From Blastocatellia bacterium (GTDB lineage: Bacteria > Acidobacteriota > Blastocatellia > UBA7656): a stretch of 64,000 nt of DNA. The translations under genes and the position numbers were made by a program. Every line of letters begins with the position of its first letter. The stretch's first letter is position 1. This document shows positions 42,435-51,698 of the stretch, one piece after another. The notes beneath the pieces are model-generated. The model was given only the letters and a program-made list of their open reading frames with translations. It was not told where the DNA came from and made no database searches. Location: contig CAVXWP010000004.1 of assembly GCA_963765495.1 (NCBI GenBank), forward strand, positions 295,876-359,875, read 5' to 3'.

Positions 42435-42549
42435 AATTTTTATGCTCGATTCAAACCTCTTTCACTCGCGCCTATCTGAGATTTCAAATCTCAAACCTCA
42501 GAGCGATACTTCTCTTCCCAACCATTCGCATAGGTCGAGGGGGGCGATC

Positions 42550-43371
42550 TCAGCGGCTCAGATAAAACAGATGCGCGTAATAATACAAAACCGGAGCGCA
42601 AAAAAGTATGCTGTCCACGCGGTCGAGCATGCCGCCATGACCGGGGAAGATTGCGCCCGAGTCTTTCACCTCGGACCCTCGCTTGAACATCGACTCGGCC
42701 AGGTCTCCAACCGGCCCGACTACCCCTATCACTACGCCGAGAATTATCGCGTGAAGCATAGGAATTTCAGGGAAAAATGCGTATTTCGAAAGAATCCCGG
42801 CCAGAGCGGCAGAGATAAATCCGCCTATCGAGCCTTCGATGGTCTTGCCGGGGCTGATGCGAGGCGCGAGTTTGTGACGCCCTATTGAGCGGCCCGTGTA
42901 GTAGGCTCCCGTATCGGTCAGCATCACCATAGCGAAAAACATCGTCAGCAGTTTCGCAGCCAGTTTAGGCGTATTTCCCGTCTCCTCGATCATCCGCACG
43001 CCCACGAGATACCCGGCCAGCAGCGCCACATATATCACCCCAAACACGGTTGCAGAGACCGAAACGAGCGATCTCGTGATTTCATCAGGGCGAGCAAGCG
43101 CGGATGAGAGCGCGATTATCGCAAGCAATGCGATTACGGCCGCAATCCACTCGGGCCGACAGGCTACAAAACACGCAAGAACACCGAGCGCAGCCCCGTA
43201 TCCCAAAAGATCAAGCGTTTTACAATTGACCTTTTTAGCCAGGCTGTAAAACTCGTAGAGCCCAAGCATCACGGCCGCAGTCGTCAGGACTGCAAACAGG
43301 TAAGGAGTATTATTCCAGACGGTGTAGAGCAGGATTGGGAGCGCCACGATTGCGGTCAGTATTCGCTTCAT
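42550..43371 (-). CDS. cdsA: Phosphatidate cytidylyltransferase
   Basis: DTGAYYTG, ISPGKTIEG, GDLAES.FKR...VKDSG..FPGHGGMLDRVDS. Confidence 0.96.
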   Translation of the reverse strand: MKRILTAIVALPILLYTVWNNTPYLFAVLTTAAVMLGLYEFYSLAKKVNCKTLDLLGYGAALGVLACFVACRPEWIAAVIALLAIIALSSALARPDEITRSLVSVSATVFGVIYVALLAGYLVGVRMIEETGNTPKLAAKLLTMFFAMVMLTDTGAYYTGRSIGRHKLAPRISPGKTIEGSIGGFISAALAGILSKYAFFPEIPMLHAIILGVVIGVVGPVGDLAESMFKRGSEVKDSGAIFPGHGGMLDRVDSILFCAPVLYYYAHLFYLSR

Positions 43372-43372
43372 A

Positions 43373-43478
43373 GATTCGTGATTCGTGATTTGTGATTCGT
43401 GATTCGTGACTATCGGGCAGACGGCTCGCTCAAGTCATTTCCAGTCCTCAGAAATCACTCATCACGCTTCACGCATCA
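43373..43478. repeat. CGTGA/TCACG heptamer-flanked element
   Basis: (GATTCGT)5 ... TCACGCT/TCACGCA units; fills the uppS-cdsA gap. Confidence 0.88.
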
Positions 43479-43481
43479 GAC

Positions 43482-44306
43482 CTATTTCATATTGGCAGCG
43501 ATCAGGGCCTCGTTGTCGGCTGAATTTACGCCGCCGTAGCGCCTCTCTCGCTTCTGAAACTCTATGATGGCCTCAAACAGATCGGCTCGACGGAAATCGG
43601 GCCAGAGCGTTTCAGTAAGATATATCTCGCTGTAAGCGATCTGCCACAGAAGAAAATTCGACACCCGCATCTCGCCGCTCGTGCGAATCAGCAGATCGGG
43701 GTCGGGCAGTCCGACTGTGAAAAGGTGGCGCTCGATGTCAAACTCGGTTATCTCGGATGGTGAACGACCCGATTGAATCCATTCGGTCACAAGCCTGCGG
43801 CAGGCTTCCGCAATTTCGGACCGCCCGCTGTAATTCAGGGCGACATTCAGCACCATCCCGGTGTTTGATTCGGTTTCGCGGCGGGCACGATCTATTTCGC
43901 GCTTTACGATGCCTCCAAGCATCTCTGCGTGTCCTATTGTCTGAAATCGAATGTTGTTCTCTTTGAGACTGCGAATCTCTTTTCGAAGAAACTCTCTGAG
44001 CAGTCCCATCAGGGCTTCGACTTCGAGACGGGGTCGCTTCCAGTTTTCCGTAGAGAAGGCGTAGAGCGTCAGATAAGATATGCCCAGTCTTCTCGATGTT
44101 TCGACGGTAGCGCGAACGGCTTCGGCCCCCGCGCGATGCCCGGCCACGCGGGGCTGATTGCGGCGAGCCGCCCACCGCCCGTTGCCGTCCATTATGACGG
44201 CAATATGCGAAGGAAGCCGGCTGAGATCTATTTGCCTGAGAAGAAATTCATCCCTTGAACCGCTCTGAATCACATCTTCAAAATCTTTGAGGGTATTATT
44301 ACTCAT
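43482..44306 (-). CDS. uppS: Isoprenyl transferase (undecaprenyl diphosphate synthase)
   Basis: HIAVIMDGNGRWA, YAFSTENWKRP, DLLIRTSGE.R.SNFLLWQ. Confidence 0.97.
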   Translation of the reverse strand: MSNNTLKDFEDVIQSGSRDEFLLRQIDLSRLPSHIAVIMDGNGRWAARRNQPRVAGHRAGAEAVRATVETSRRLGISYLTLYAFSTENWKRPRLEVEALMGLLREFLRKEIRSLKENNIRFQTIGHAEMLGGIVKREIDRARRETESNTGMVLNVALNYSGRSEIAEACRRLVTEWIQSGRSPSEITEFDIERHLFTVGLPDPDLLIRTSGEMRVSNFLLWQIAYSEIYLTETLWPDFRRADLFEAIIEFQKRERRYGGVNSADNEALIAANMK

Positions 44307-44376
44307 TACTCTGTATTTATCCGATCAAGACCGGGCCATAAGTCAGAAACTACGATGGCATCATAAGTTGCTCATA

Positions 44377-45111
44377 TTAGTAGTCTACGCGCACCAAAGT
44401 CAACCCTGCGGCAGGAGCCTTAGCACCCGCCTGGTTGCGGTCGCGTGTTTCAAGAATCTCTCTCATGGTCTCTGCTGAAAGTCGCCCCCGCCCGACCTCC
44501 AGCAAGGTCCCCACAATGGTTCTGACCATATATCTGAGAAAGCCATCCGCCTCGGTGATGATCGCTATACAATCGTCACTCGATTGTATGTCAAGCCGCC
44601 TTAGCGTGCGAATTCGATTCTCGACATCGAGTTCCTTTACAGTAAACGCGCTGAAATCGTGCTCTCCTAAAAGCAAGGAAGCAGCCCGCTGCATCTGTTG
44701 AATGTGGAGCGAACCCTTATGATGGTAAACATAACGGCGAATGAACGGGCTCACGACCTCACCCGTCCAGATTCGGTAGCGGTAAGTCTTACCCTTAGCT
44801 GAAAACCGCGCATTGAAAGTCTCTTCGACGAATTCAACTTTAATGATGCGAATATCACGGTCGAGATTGCCGTTAAGCGCATCACGCAATTGGCAAGCCT
44901 CGAATGGACGTTCAAGCAGAAAGGTTGCAACCTGCCCTTCGGCGTGTACGCCCGCATCCGTGCGACCGGCTCCGTAGACGATCACTCGTCTGTGATCCAG
45001 CAGTGAAAGAGCCCGCGTCAATTCGCCTTGAATCGTGCGACCGTTAGACTGTGTCTGCCACCCGTTATATTCAGTCCCGTCATACTGGATTGTGATTTTG
45101 ACGTTCTGCAC
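44377..45111 (-). CDS. truA: tRNA pseudouridine(38-40) synthase
   Basis: YDGT..GWQ.Q, AGRTDAGVHA, G.HDFSAF, FLRYMVR.IVG. Confidence 0.96.
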   Translation of the reverse strand: MQNVKITIQYDGTEYNGWQTQSNGRTIQGELTRALSLLDHRRVIVYGAGRTDAGVHAEGQVATFLLERPFEACQLRDALNGNLDRDIRIIKVEFVEETFNARFSAKGKTYRYRIWTGEVVSPFIRRYVYHHKGSLHIQQMQRAASLLLGEHDFSAFTVKELDVENRIRTLRRLDIQSSDDCIAIITEADGFLRYMVRTIVGTLLEVGRGRLSAETMREILETRDRNQAGAKAPAAGLTLVRVDY

Positions 45112-45117
45112 AACAGA

Positions 45118-45215
45118 AAGGATGAAGGATGAAAACCTGTCATATTACATCTTGATGAAAGTAGTCGGCATTTATAGGTGAGTTTGCCTGCTGGTTCTTT
45201 TCATCCTTCATCCTT
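45118..45215. repeat. Inverted heptamer array (AGGATGA)2 / (TCATCCT)2
   Basis: AAGGATGAAGGATGAAA ... TTTCATCCTTCATCCTT; supplies the pyrE stop codon. Confidence 0.8.
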
Positions 45216-45819
45216 CTCCTTTCTCCTTCCTGCTGCCCGGCTTGATCGCGTTGCTGCCCTGGCGGCATAAAGGACAATCTGCGGGGTCATAGGCGGGCAC
45301 GTCCAGAGTGAGCAGTGCGAGCCTCCTTACACCGACATCGACTCCGCCGCCACTGCGGTCTATGATTGAGGCGGCTCCTGCCACCTGCGCGCCCGCGCTC
45401 AAAACTGCGTCAATGGTCTCGCGAGTAGACCCGCCCGTGGTCACTACATCTTCGACGACGAGCACTCTTTCACCCTCTTCAAGCCGAAATCCGCGTCTGA
45501 GCGTCATCACACCCGCTTCGCGCTCTGTAAACAGGGCGCGCACGCCCAGGGCTCGCGCCACTTCGTGAGCGACTATGATGCCGCCGATGGCCGGGGCCGC
45601 CACGGTCTTGATCTGCTCGCTTCGGAAATGAGCCGCTATCGCCTTGCCTATCCATTCGGCGTGCGCGGGATGCTGAAGAACCAGCGCGCATTGAAGGTAG
45701 CGCGGTGAATGGAGGCCCGATGTCAGTTGAAAATGGCCTTCAAGCAGCGCGCCCGTTTCCTGAAAAATCGAGAGCAGATGCTGATCGGCATCCGCCGGAG
45801 TCGTTAACGATGAATCCAT
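45208..45819 (-). CDS. pyrE: Orotate phosphoribosyltransferase
   Basis: GHFQLTSGLHS..Y, VLVVEDVVTTGGS, KPGS. Confidence 0.94.
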   Translation of the reverse strand: MDSSLTTPADADQHLLSIFQETGALLEGHFQLTSGLHSPRYLQCALVLQHPAHAEWIGKAIAAHFRSEQIKTVAAPAIGGIIVAHEVARALGVRALFTEREAGVMTLRRGFRLEEGERVLVVEDVVTTGGSTRETIDAVLSAGAQVAGAASIIDRSGGGVDVGVRRLALLTLDVPAYDPADCPLCRQGSNAIKPGSRKEKGEG

Positions 45820-45926
45820 CTCTTCCTTCTCTCAAATGATTTTCGATTTCGCATAATACCACAGGTTAGAGGTTATAATCAGGGCAGGGTCATTCAGTTT
45901 TCCACTATGTAGAAAGAGATAAGGGG

Positions 45927-46018
45927 AATAGGCCGCGGATAACGCGGATGCGGCGGATTTTCGCGGATCTGAATATATAAGCGTAGATCCACTCGATCCG
46001 CGTCCGTCCCGGCCTATT
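45927..46018. repeat. Inverted 9-mer array (CGCGGAT..)n / (ATCCGCG..)n
   Basis: AATAGGCCGCGGATAACGCGGATGCGGCGGATTTTCGCGGATC ... GATCCACTCGATCCGCGTCCGTCCCGGCCTATT. Confidence 0.75.
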
Positions 46019-46104
46019 TCAACTCGTCTTTGCGTCAAATCAACCTTTAATATTTTTTCCGCCTATTGCCCTCAACTCAAGAACTGAAAGGCCCCGGCTT
46101 GTCC

Positions 46105-46128
46105 CTGTAACCTGTAACCTGTAACCTC
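46105..46128. repeat. (CTGTAAC)3 heptamer array
   Basis: Read directly upstream of mobA. Confidence 0.8.
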
Positions 46129-46139
46129 TAACCAGCGGT

Positions 46140-46748
46140 ATGAAAACAAGCGGATTTATCACAGCGGGCGGGCGCAGTTCAAGAATGGGTCGCGACAAAG
46201 CGTGGCTCGAAATTGATGGTCATTCGATGATCGAGATGGTGATTGCGGCGCTAAGGCCCGTAACAACCGACCTTGCGATAATTGCAAACGCTCCTGATTA
46301 TTCACGACTCGGACTGCCCGTCTTTTCGGATGAGAATAAGGGTATCGGTCCTCTGGAAGCCATCCGCACGGCACTTGCCAATAGCCGCACTCGTCAAATA
46401 GCGCTCGCCGGATGCGATCTGCCTTTTGTGACATCTGACCTTTTCCTATTTCTGATGAGTCAACTTGCAGACTATCAGGCCGTGGTTCCTATTGGCGGGG
46501 ATATGAGGATAGAACCGCTTTGCGCCATTTACTCTATCGAAGCGCTCGGATGTGTCACTGCCCTGATTGAAAGCGGCCAGCGTAAAGTGAGTCGCCTGTT
46601 TGAACACATCCCCACCCGTTTTATAGCCTTTGATGATATCCGTCATTTGCCCGGGTCGAATCTGTTTTTTGAGAACGTGAATACGCCAGAGGAATATGCC
46701 CGAGCACTCAAAATCAGGGGCGAACGGGGAAGATTTAGCATTTTGTAA
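46140..46748 (+). CDS. mobA: Molybdenum cofactor guanylyltransferase
   Basis: AGGRSSRMGRDKA, GPL, CDLPF, EPLCAIY, NVNTPEE. Confidence 0.93.
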   Translation: MKTSGFITAGGRSSRMGRDKAWLEIDGHSMIEMVIAALRPVTTDLAIIANAPDYSRLGLPVFSDENKGIGPLEAIRTALANSRTRQIALAGCDLPFVTSDLFLFLMSQLADYQAVVPIGGDMRIEPLCAIYSIEALGCVTALIESGQRKVSRLFEHIPTRFIAFDDIRHLPGSNLFFENVNTPEEYARALKIRGERGRFSIL

Positions 46749-46961
46749 TAAAAATGGCGCAAAATCCCGTAATTTCAAGAAAAAAAGGCTTGCATTTCGC
46801 TTTTTGGGTTGCATATACTAGCGGGCGCTCCTACTTTGCCTCAGGTTAGTCAGGCTCAATGCTTATGGAATTGCAGGGCGTTGCGCTGGTTGAAATTGTG
46901 GACACTGCCCCTGAGGAGGCAAAAGCGAGCAATATAATTTCAAATTTAAGGGTAATCAGGG

Positions 46962-47249
46962 ATGTCATTTTTCTGCCGCCTGAGTAGAAAACATTACTGG
47001 TGTGTGCCACACCGGTCATCAGACAATAGATTGGTCCAGGTTTGTTATGAGTGCGGAGCCGAACGCCCGGCGCACGAGTTCCATAACGAGACTTCGACCA
47101 GGTGGTACGAGCGTTCGGTTGCATCTGCAAAAGAGGAACTGGAAAAGCTTTCACTGGAACCAGTTCCTGAGATGTCATCGAGCTTTATTGGCTCGGCCCA
47201 GGTTATCGTCAACCAGGGTCACACCAGAAAGTTTGCATTAGTAAAATAG
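46962..47249 (+). CDS. Small Cys/His-rich hypothetical protein
   Basis: FCRLSRKHYWCVPH...CYECG; candidate promoter TTGCAT(46790)-N18-TATACT upstream. Confidence 0.6.
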   Translation: MSFFCRLSRKHYWCVPHRSSDNRLVQVCYECGAERPAHEFHNETSTRWYERSVASAKEELEKLSLEPVPEMSSSFIGSAQVIVNQGHTRKFALVK

Positions 47250-47364
47250 AACAGACTCTTAGCCCTGCTTTGACATGCGGTGATGTCTGTTTGTATCAAA
47301 ATGGTGAATGATTTTCACCGTTCCCGGGATATGTTTGGGTTTTCTTCACCACTTCCAGGTACTT

Positions 47365-48696
47365 TCATTCCTTAACCGGCTTTTTTAATCCGAACTTTTC
47401 GAGCCTGTATTGCAATGTTCGAAATGAGAGGTCGAGCAATTTGGCGGCCCGAGTGATGTTCCAGCCGGTCTGTTCCATAGCCTGGAGGATGAGCGATTTC
47501 TCCAGTTCCTCGAAAGAGATGCCTTCGGGCGGAAGCTTAAAGTCGAACGCGGTAGCGGGCGCGCCTCCCTGTCGAATCTCTACCGGCAAATCTTCTGATG
47601 TAATCTCATCTCCTTCGCACAGCAATATGGCCCGTTCGATTGCCGATTCAAGCTGGCGCACGTTGCCCGGCCACGAGTAATTCATTATCAGGTTACGACC
47701 CGAGGCGCTCAAACCCCGGATCTTTCTCTGCGAGCTGTGACCGTGCTTTGAGATAAAGAAATCGATCAGCGGCGGAATGTCATCCCGCCGATTGCGTAAA
47801 GGCGGGATTGTGATGGGGATGATGTTTAGCCGGTAATAGAGGTCTTCGCGAAACCGATTATCCTTTACCATAGCCTCAAGGTCGCGGTTTGTGGCCGCAA
47901 TCACCCGAACATCCACCTTGACGGGTCGGTTCCCACCCACTCGCATGACTTCTTTCTCTTGCAGCGCCCTCAACAGCTTTGCCTGCATCGCGATGCTGAG
48001 ATCGCCTATCTCATCAAGAAACAGCGTCCCGCGATCTGCAAGCTCAAATTGTCCTTTCTTCTGCGCGTAGGCGTTTGTGAAAGCGCCCTTCTCGTGACCG
48101 AACAACTCCGATTCCAGCAGGTTTTCGTTTATAGCGGCGCAATTGACGGCCTGAAAGACTTCGTTTACTCGCGGGCTTGCCTTGTGAATAGCCCTCGCCA
48201 CCAGTTCCTTGCCGACACCGGATTCGCCCCGAATCAAGACGGTGGAACTAGAGACAGCAATCTTGAGGATCATCTTTTTGATGCGCTCCATCTCTTCCGA
48301 GCGACTGATGATGTCATCATCGATGCGGTTGAGTTGACCCAGTGCGCTCTCCACTACCTTGAGCAACTGGTCGCGGTCCACGGGTTTTTCCAGATAATCG
48401 TAAGCGCCGCCCCTGAGCGCCTCCTTGACCGATTCCACTGACCCGTGCGCAGTCATCATCACGACTATCAGAGACGGGTCGAGGCTGAGTAATTCTCCGA
48501 GCAGCATTACGCCATCCATGCCGGTCATCTTGAAATCGGTCAGGACCAGATCGAAATGGTTGTCTCGAGCGAGACGCACCGCGTGTTCGCCGCTCTGAGC
48601 CGTAGTGACCTCGTATCCATCGTCTTCCAGAATCAGCTTGTATATCTCACGCTGATTCTTCTCATCATCAACAACCAGTATCCTATTTCTTGCCAT
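47365..48696 (-). CDS. Sigma54-dependent response regulator (NtrC family)
   Basis: Receiver ILVVDDE; GESGVGKE; ESELFGHEKGAFTNA; LFLDEIG; WPGNVRQL; Fis-type HTH. Confidence 0.95.
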   Translation of the reverse strand: MARNRILVVDDEKNQREIYKLILEDDGYEVTTAQSGEHAVRLARDNHFDLVLTDFKMTGMDGVMLLGELLSLDPSLIVVMMTAHGSVESVKEALRGGAYDYLEKPVDRDQLLKVVESALGQLNRIDDDIISRSEEMERIKKMILKIAVSSSTVLIRGESGVGKELVARAIHKASPRVNEVFQAVNCAAINENLLESELFGHEKGAFTNAYAQKKGQFELADRGTLFLDEIGDLSIAMQAKLLRALQEKEVMRVGGNRPVKVDVRVIAATNRDLEAMVKDNRFREDLYYRLNIIPITIPPLRNRRDDIPPLIDFFISKHGHSSQRKIRGLSASGRNLIMNYSWPGNVRQLESAIERAILLCEGDEITSEDLPVEIRQGGAPATAFDFKLPPEGISFEELEKSLILQAMEQTGWNITRAAKLLDLSFRTLQYRLEKFGLKKPVKE

Positions 48697-48712
48697 CCTA
48701 TATGTCTCCATA

Positions 48713-48793
48713 GTGATGCGTGATCCAAATGGATTTCTATGAATCTGTATGAGACCAGACTCCGAAAGTCACAAATCACGAATCACGCATCAC
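48713..48793. repeat. CGTGA/TCACG heptamer-flanked element
   Basis: GTGATGCGTGAT ... GTCACAAATCACGAATCACGCATCAC between kinase and regulator. Confidence 0.8.
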
Positions 48794-50292
48794 CTATCAC
48801 TTTCCCTTTTCACGGGCAGTCTCACGGTAAAGGTGGTTCCCTTTCCTATTTCGCTTTCAACGCTGACGGTTCCGCTATGTTCTTCGATAATATTTTTTGT
48901 TACGGCCAGGCCGAGGCCAAACCCTGTCTTCTTGGTCGAAAAATACGGCTCGAAGACTTTGGTTATGGCTTCTTCGCTTATGCCTACCCCGGTATCGCTT
49001 ATGCTGACTTCGACTACGCCGTCGGTCTTCTCCACGAGTGTTGAGAGCCGCCCCCCCGAGGGCATGGCCTGAAGCGCATTGATTGCGATGTTGGAAAAAC
49101 AGGACTTCAGGCGTTCGCGGTCGCCTTTTATTTCGGATGGCGTGCGGGCTTTATCCATCTCGATCTCAACGCTCTGATCATCGGCCTGCGGGCGGACCAG
49201 CGAGATAGTCTCTTCCAAAAGGTCGCGCAAATCAATGGTTTCAAGGGCCAGTCGAGCCGGGCGACCGTAATTCAGCAGATCGCTGACCATGTGTTTTAAC
49301 CGCGCTATCTCGTCCTTTATCGAAGATAGTATGCGAGTGAATTGTTTGCGGTGAGTTTCATCCTCCGGCGCATACTTGCTGTTTACGTGATCTATCGAGA
49401 GGTTGATGACGTTGAGCGGATTGCGAATCTCGTGAGCTACGGATTGAGTCAACCGTCCGATGACGGCGGAGCGTTCCGATTGATTGAGCTTCTCTTCAAG
49501 CTCGCGCTTCGATTTCAACCCGGCGATCATTTCATTGAAAGTCGAGGCCAGTTGCCCCACTTCATCATTTCGATCTATGGCAACCTTAAACTCCAAATTC
49601 CCCGCAGCCACACGGCGAGCCGCCCTCGCCAGTTCCTGAATCGGGCGCGTAAATCGCCATCCGATCACAACCGCTATTGCCAGCGCGAACAATAACAGCC
49701 CCGTCGTTGACCACAATCGGTAATTAGACAATTCCTGATTCTTGCCGGTAAGCGATTTCGAGGCATCCTCTACTTTGTTGATGATTGCCTGCTGCGTTAT
49801 AACGATTACTATCCAGAAATCTCCCTTGGTCGTAGTAACGGGGAAATAATAGGTCTTGGGCTGATGCCCCTCGTGTTCAGACTCGGGATGAATAGGGTCC
49901 CCGGACAAGACCTTGAATTCTTTCTCTTCGGGGACGGTGATATATTTGTCAACTATCTCGCGCAGGGTGCTGTCACGAACCTTGCCCTCTTTTTCGGTCA
50001 CTATTATGTTCTCGATTGTGCTGGGCAATTCTCCGGGCTGAATGGCTTCATAAAGGTACTCGTCGCTGACAAGACTCCCGTTGGCAAGGCTGATAGCCTG
50101 CACAAGATCATCATATCCGCTATTGAGCGCCTCGGTAACCTGCTCGTTATGTTCGCTGATGGCTCTGTCGGCGCGTTTGCTGGCCCAGTTGTCCAGTATC
50201 AGGACGAGCGCAATTGTGAGCACAAGAAAGGATGTCAGCAATAACATCAGTCGCGCCCGAAATGTCATCAGGAATTTTACTTTGTCAGACAT
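48790..50292 (-). CDS. Membrane sensor histidine kinase with HAMP domain
   Basis: Two TM segments, HAMP (DEVGQLA..FNEM), AHEIRNPL, NALQAM, DTGVGI, GFGLGL. Confidence 0.95.
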   Translation of the reverse strand: MSDKVKFLMTFRARLMLLLTSFLVLTIALVLILDNWASKRADRAISEHNEQVTEALNSGYDDLVQAISLANGSLVSDEYLYEAIQPGELPSTIENIIVTEKEGKVRDSTLREIVDKYITVPEEKEFKVLSGDPIHPESEHEGHQPKTYYFPVTTTKGDFWIVIVITQQAIINKVEDASKSLTGKNQELSNYRLWSTTGLLLFALAIAVVIGWRFTRPIQELARAARRVAAGNLEFKVAIDRNDEVGQLASTFNEMIAGLKSKRELEEKLNQSERSAVIGRLTQSVAHEIRNPLNVINLSIDHVNSKYAPEDETHRKQFTRILSSIKDEIARLKHMVSDLLNYGRPARLALETIDLRDLLEETISLVRPQADDQSVEIEMDKARTPSEIKGDRERLKSCFSNIAINALQAMPSGGRLSTLVEKTDGVVEVSISDTGVGISEEAITKVFEPYFSTKKTGFGLGLAVTKNIIEEHSGTVSVESEIGKGTTFTVRLPVKRESDR

Positions 50293-50547
50293 AATCGCCA
50301 GCTCAAAGAATTTGATGCTCTTACATACGATCTGTGTTGCGCGTACTCCCAGTCGTGCCTCGGTCAATAATAACATATAGAGATGCCGGAGAGAGCAGGT
50401 GTAAGCGCCACATTCAGCATGATAAAATGGATTTTTGCCAACGCGGCGTCTGTCGAGCGCATCTTTATTAAACAGGAATCCTCGATGAATAAAGTCATAC
50501 TAAGCCAGCAAAATCAATCAGTATTCATTCAAGATTGGAGAAAGAAA

Positions 50548-51285
50548 ATGAAGAAAACACCTCACAACCTTACAAAAGCTTTTCTAATAGTCGCTCTGAT
50601 GACTCTGCTACAGATAGCGGCGCGGGCTCAAGCACCACAGGAAAGACAAGTTCTCCCGGGAACGGTTCGCGCCACGGGTGAGGCTACGGTTACAGCAAAA
50701 CCCGACCAGGCGCAGATAGACATAGGTGTAGTCGCGCAGGCCGAAAGCGCGCAGACAGCGGCCACCGAGAACGCGCAAAAACTCGATGGCGTGATTGCCG
50801 AACTTAAAAAGACGCTTGGCCCAAATGCCGATATAAAGACGATCAGTTATTCGCTCAACCCGAACTACCGCTATCCTCAAAACGGAGGCCAGCCCACAGT
50901 AACCGGCTACACCGCGACAAACGTCGTGCGTGTAAAGATTGATAATCTCGAGCAGGTGGGCAAAGTCATTGACATCTCAACGCGCTCAGGAGCAAACAAC
51001 ATTCAAAGCCTCTCTTTCATGTTAAAGGATGAAGAATCGGTAAAGGCCGAGGCTCTAAGACAGGCCGCTAAAAAAGCCCAGGCGAAAGCCCGCACGCTCG
51101 CCTCGGCGCTCGGGCTCAACATAACTCGCATTATTCAGGTAGAAGAAGGCGGCCCACAGGTGCGGCCCATCATGGACTCCGCTGAAAGGTTTATGACGGC
51201 TCAGGCGGCAAAGGTACAAACTCCGGTGGAGCCGGGAACGATTGAGGTTCAGGCCACCGTAACGCTCACAGTTCAGGTGAACTGA
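50548..51285 (+). CDS. SIMPL (DUF541) domain protein
   Basis: Signal peptide; GEATV..KPDQA; IKT..YSL.P.Y; GY.A.N; GAN.I. Confidence 0.88.
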   Translation: MKKTPHNLTKAFLIVALMTLLQIAARAQAPQERQVLPGTVRATGEATVTAKPDQAQIDIGVVAQAESAQTAATENAQKLDGVIAELKKTLGPNADIKTISYSLNPNYRYPQNGGQPTVTGYTATNVVRVKIDNLEQVGKVIDISTRSGANNIQSLSFMLKDEESVKAEALRQAAKKAQAKARTLASALGLNITRIIQVEEGGPQVRPIMDSAERFMTAQAAKVQTPVEPGTIEVQATVTLTVQVN

Positions 51286-51364
51286 TCGAGTCTTATTGCA
51301 GCAGCATCAAGGGATGGACAGATTCTACAGCCTGTCCATCCTCTGCTGATTTTGGAGACTGAGA

Positions 51365-51670
51365 ATGGAGATTGAACACTGGGATAAGGCCCGGGGTGAA
51401 TTGAACGAGCAAAACATGCGCAAGCGGCTGGAATCGGAAGGCTACCGGGTGAACAGATACGATTACACGCCGGGGACATATTTTCCTGATCACACCCATT
51501 CATTTGACAAAAAGGATGCCGTATTGCGCGGGCGATTTCTGATTTGCGCTCTCGACCGTGAATTCCTGCTTGGTCCCGGAGATTCGATACCCGTTCCGGC
51601 AGGAACAATCCACAGCGCAGAGGTCATTGGCGACGAAACGGTCGTAAGCCTCGATGCGAGCAGATACTAA
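51365..51670 (+). CDS. Cupin domain protein
   Basis: PGT.FPDHTH...LGPGD.I.VPAGT.HSA. Confidence 0.88.
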   Translation: MEIEHWDKARGELNEQNMRKRLESEGYRVNRYDYTPGTYFPDHTHSFDKKDAVLRGRFLICALDREFLLGPGDSIPVPAGTIHSAEVIGDETVVSLDASRY

Positions 51671-51698
51671 AACCCATTGAGATTTCACAAGGAGGGTT

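Noticed and set aside
484-48793. Repeat arrays as a CRISPR array
   Set aside because: Units are 7-15 bp in tandem with no unique spacers, and no cas genes are present.
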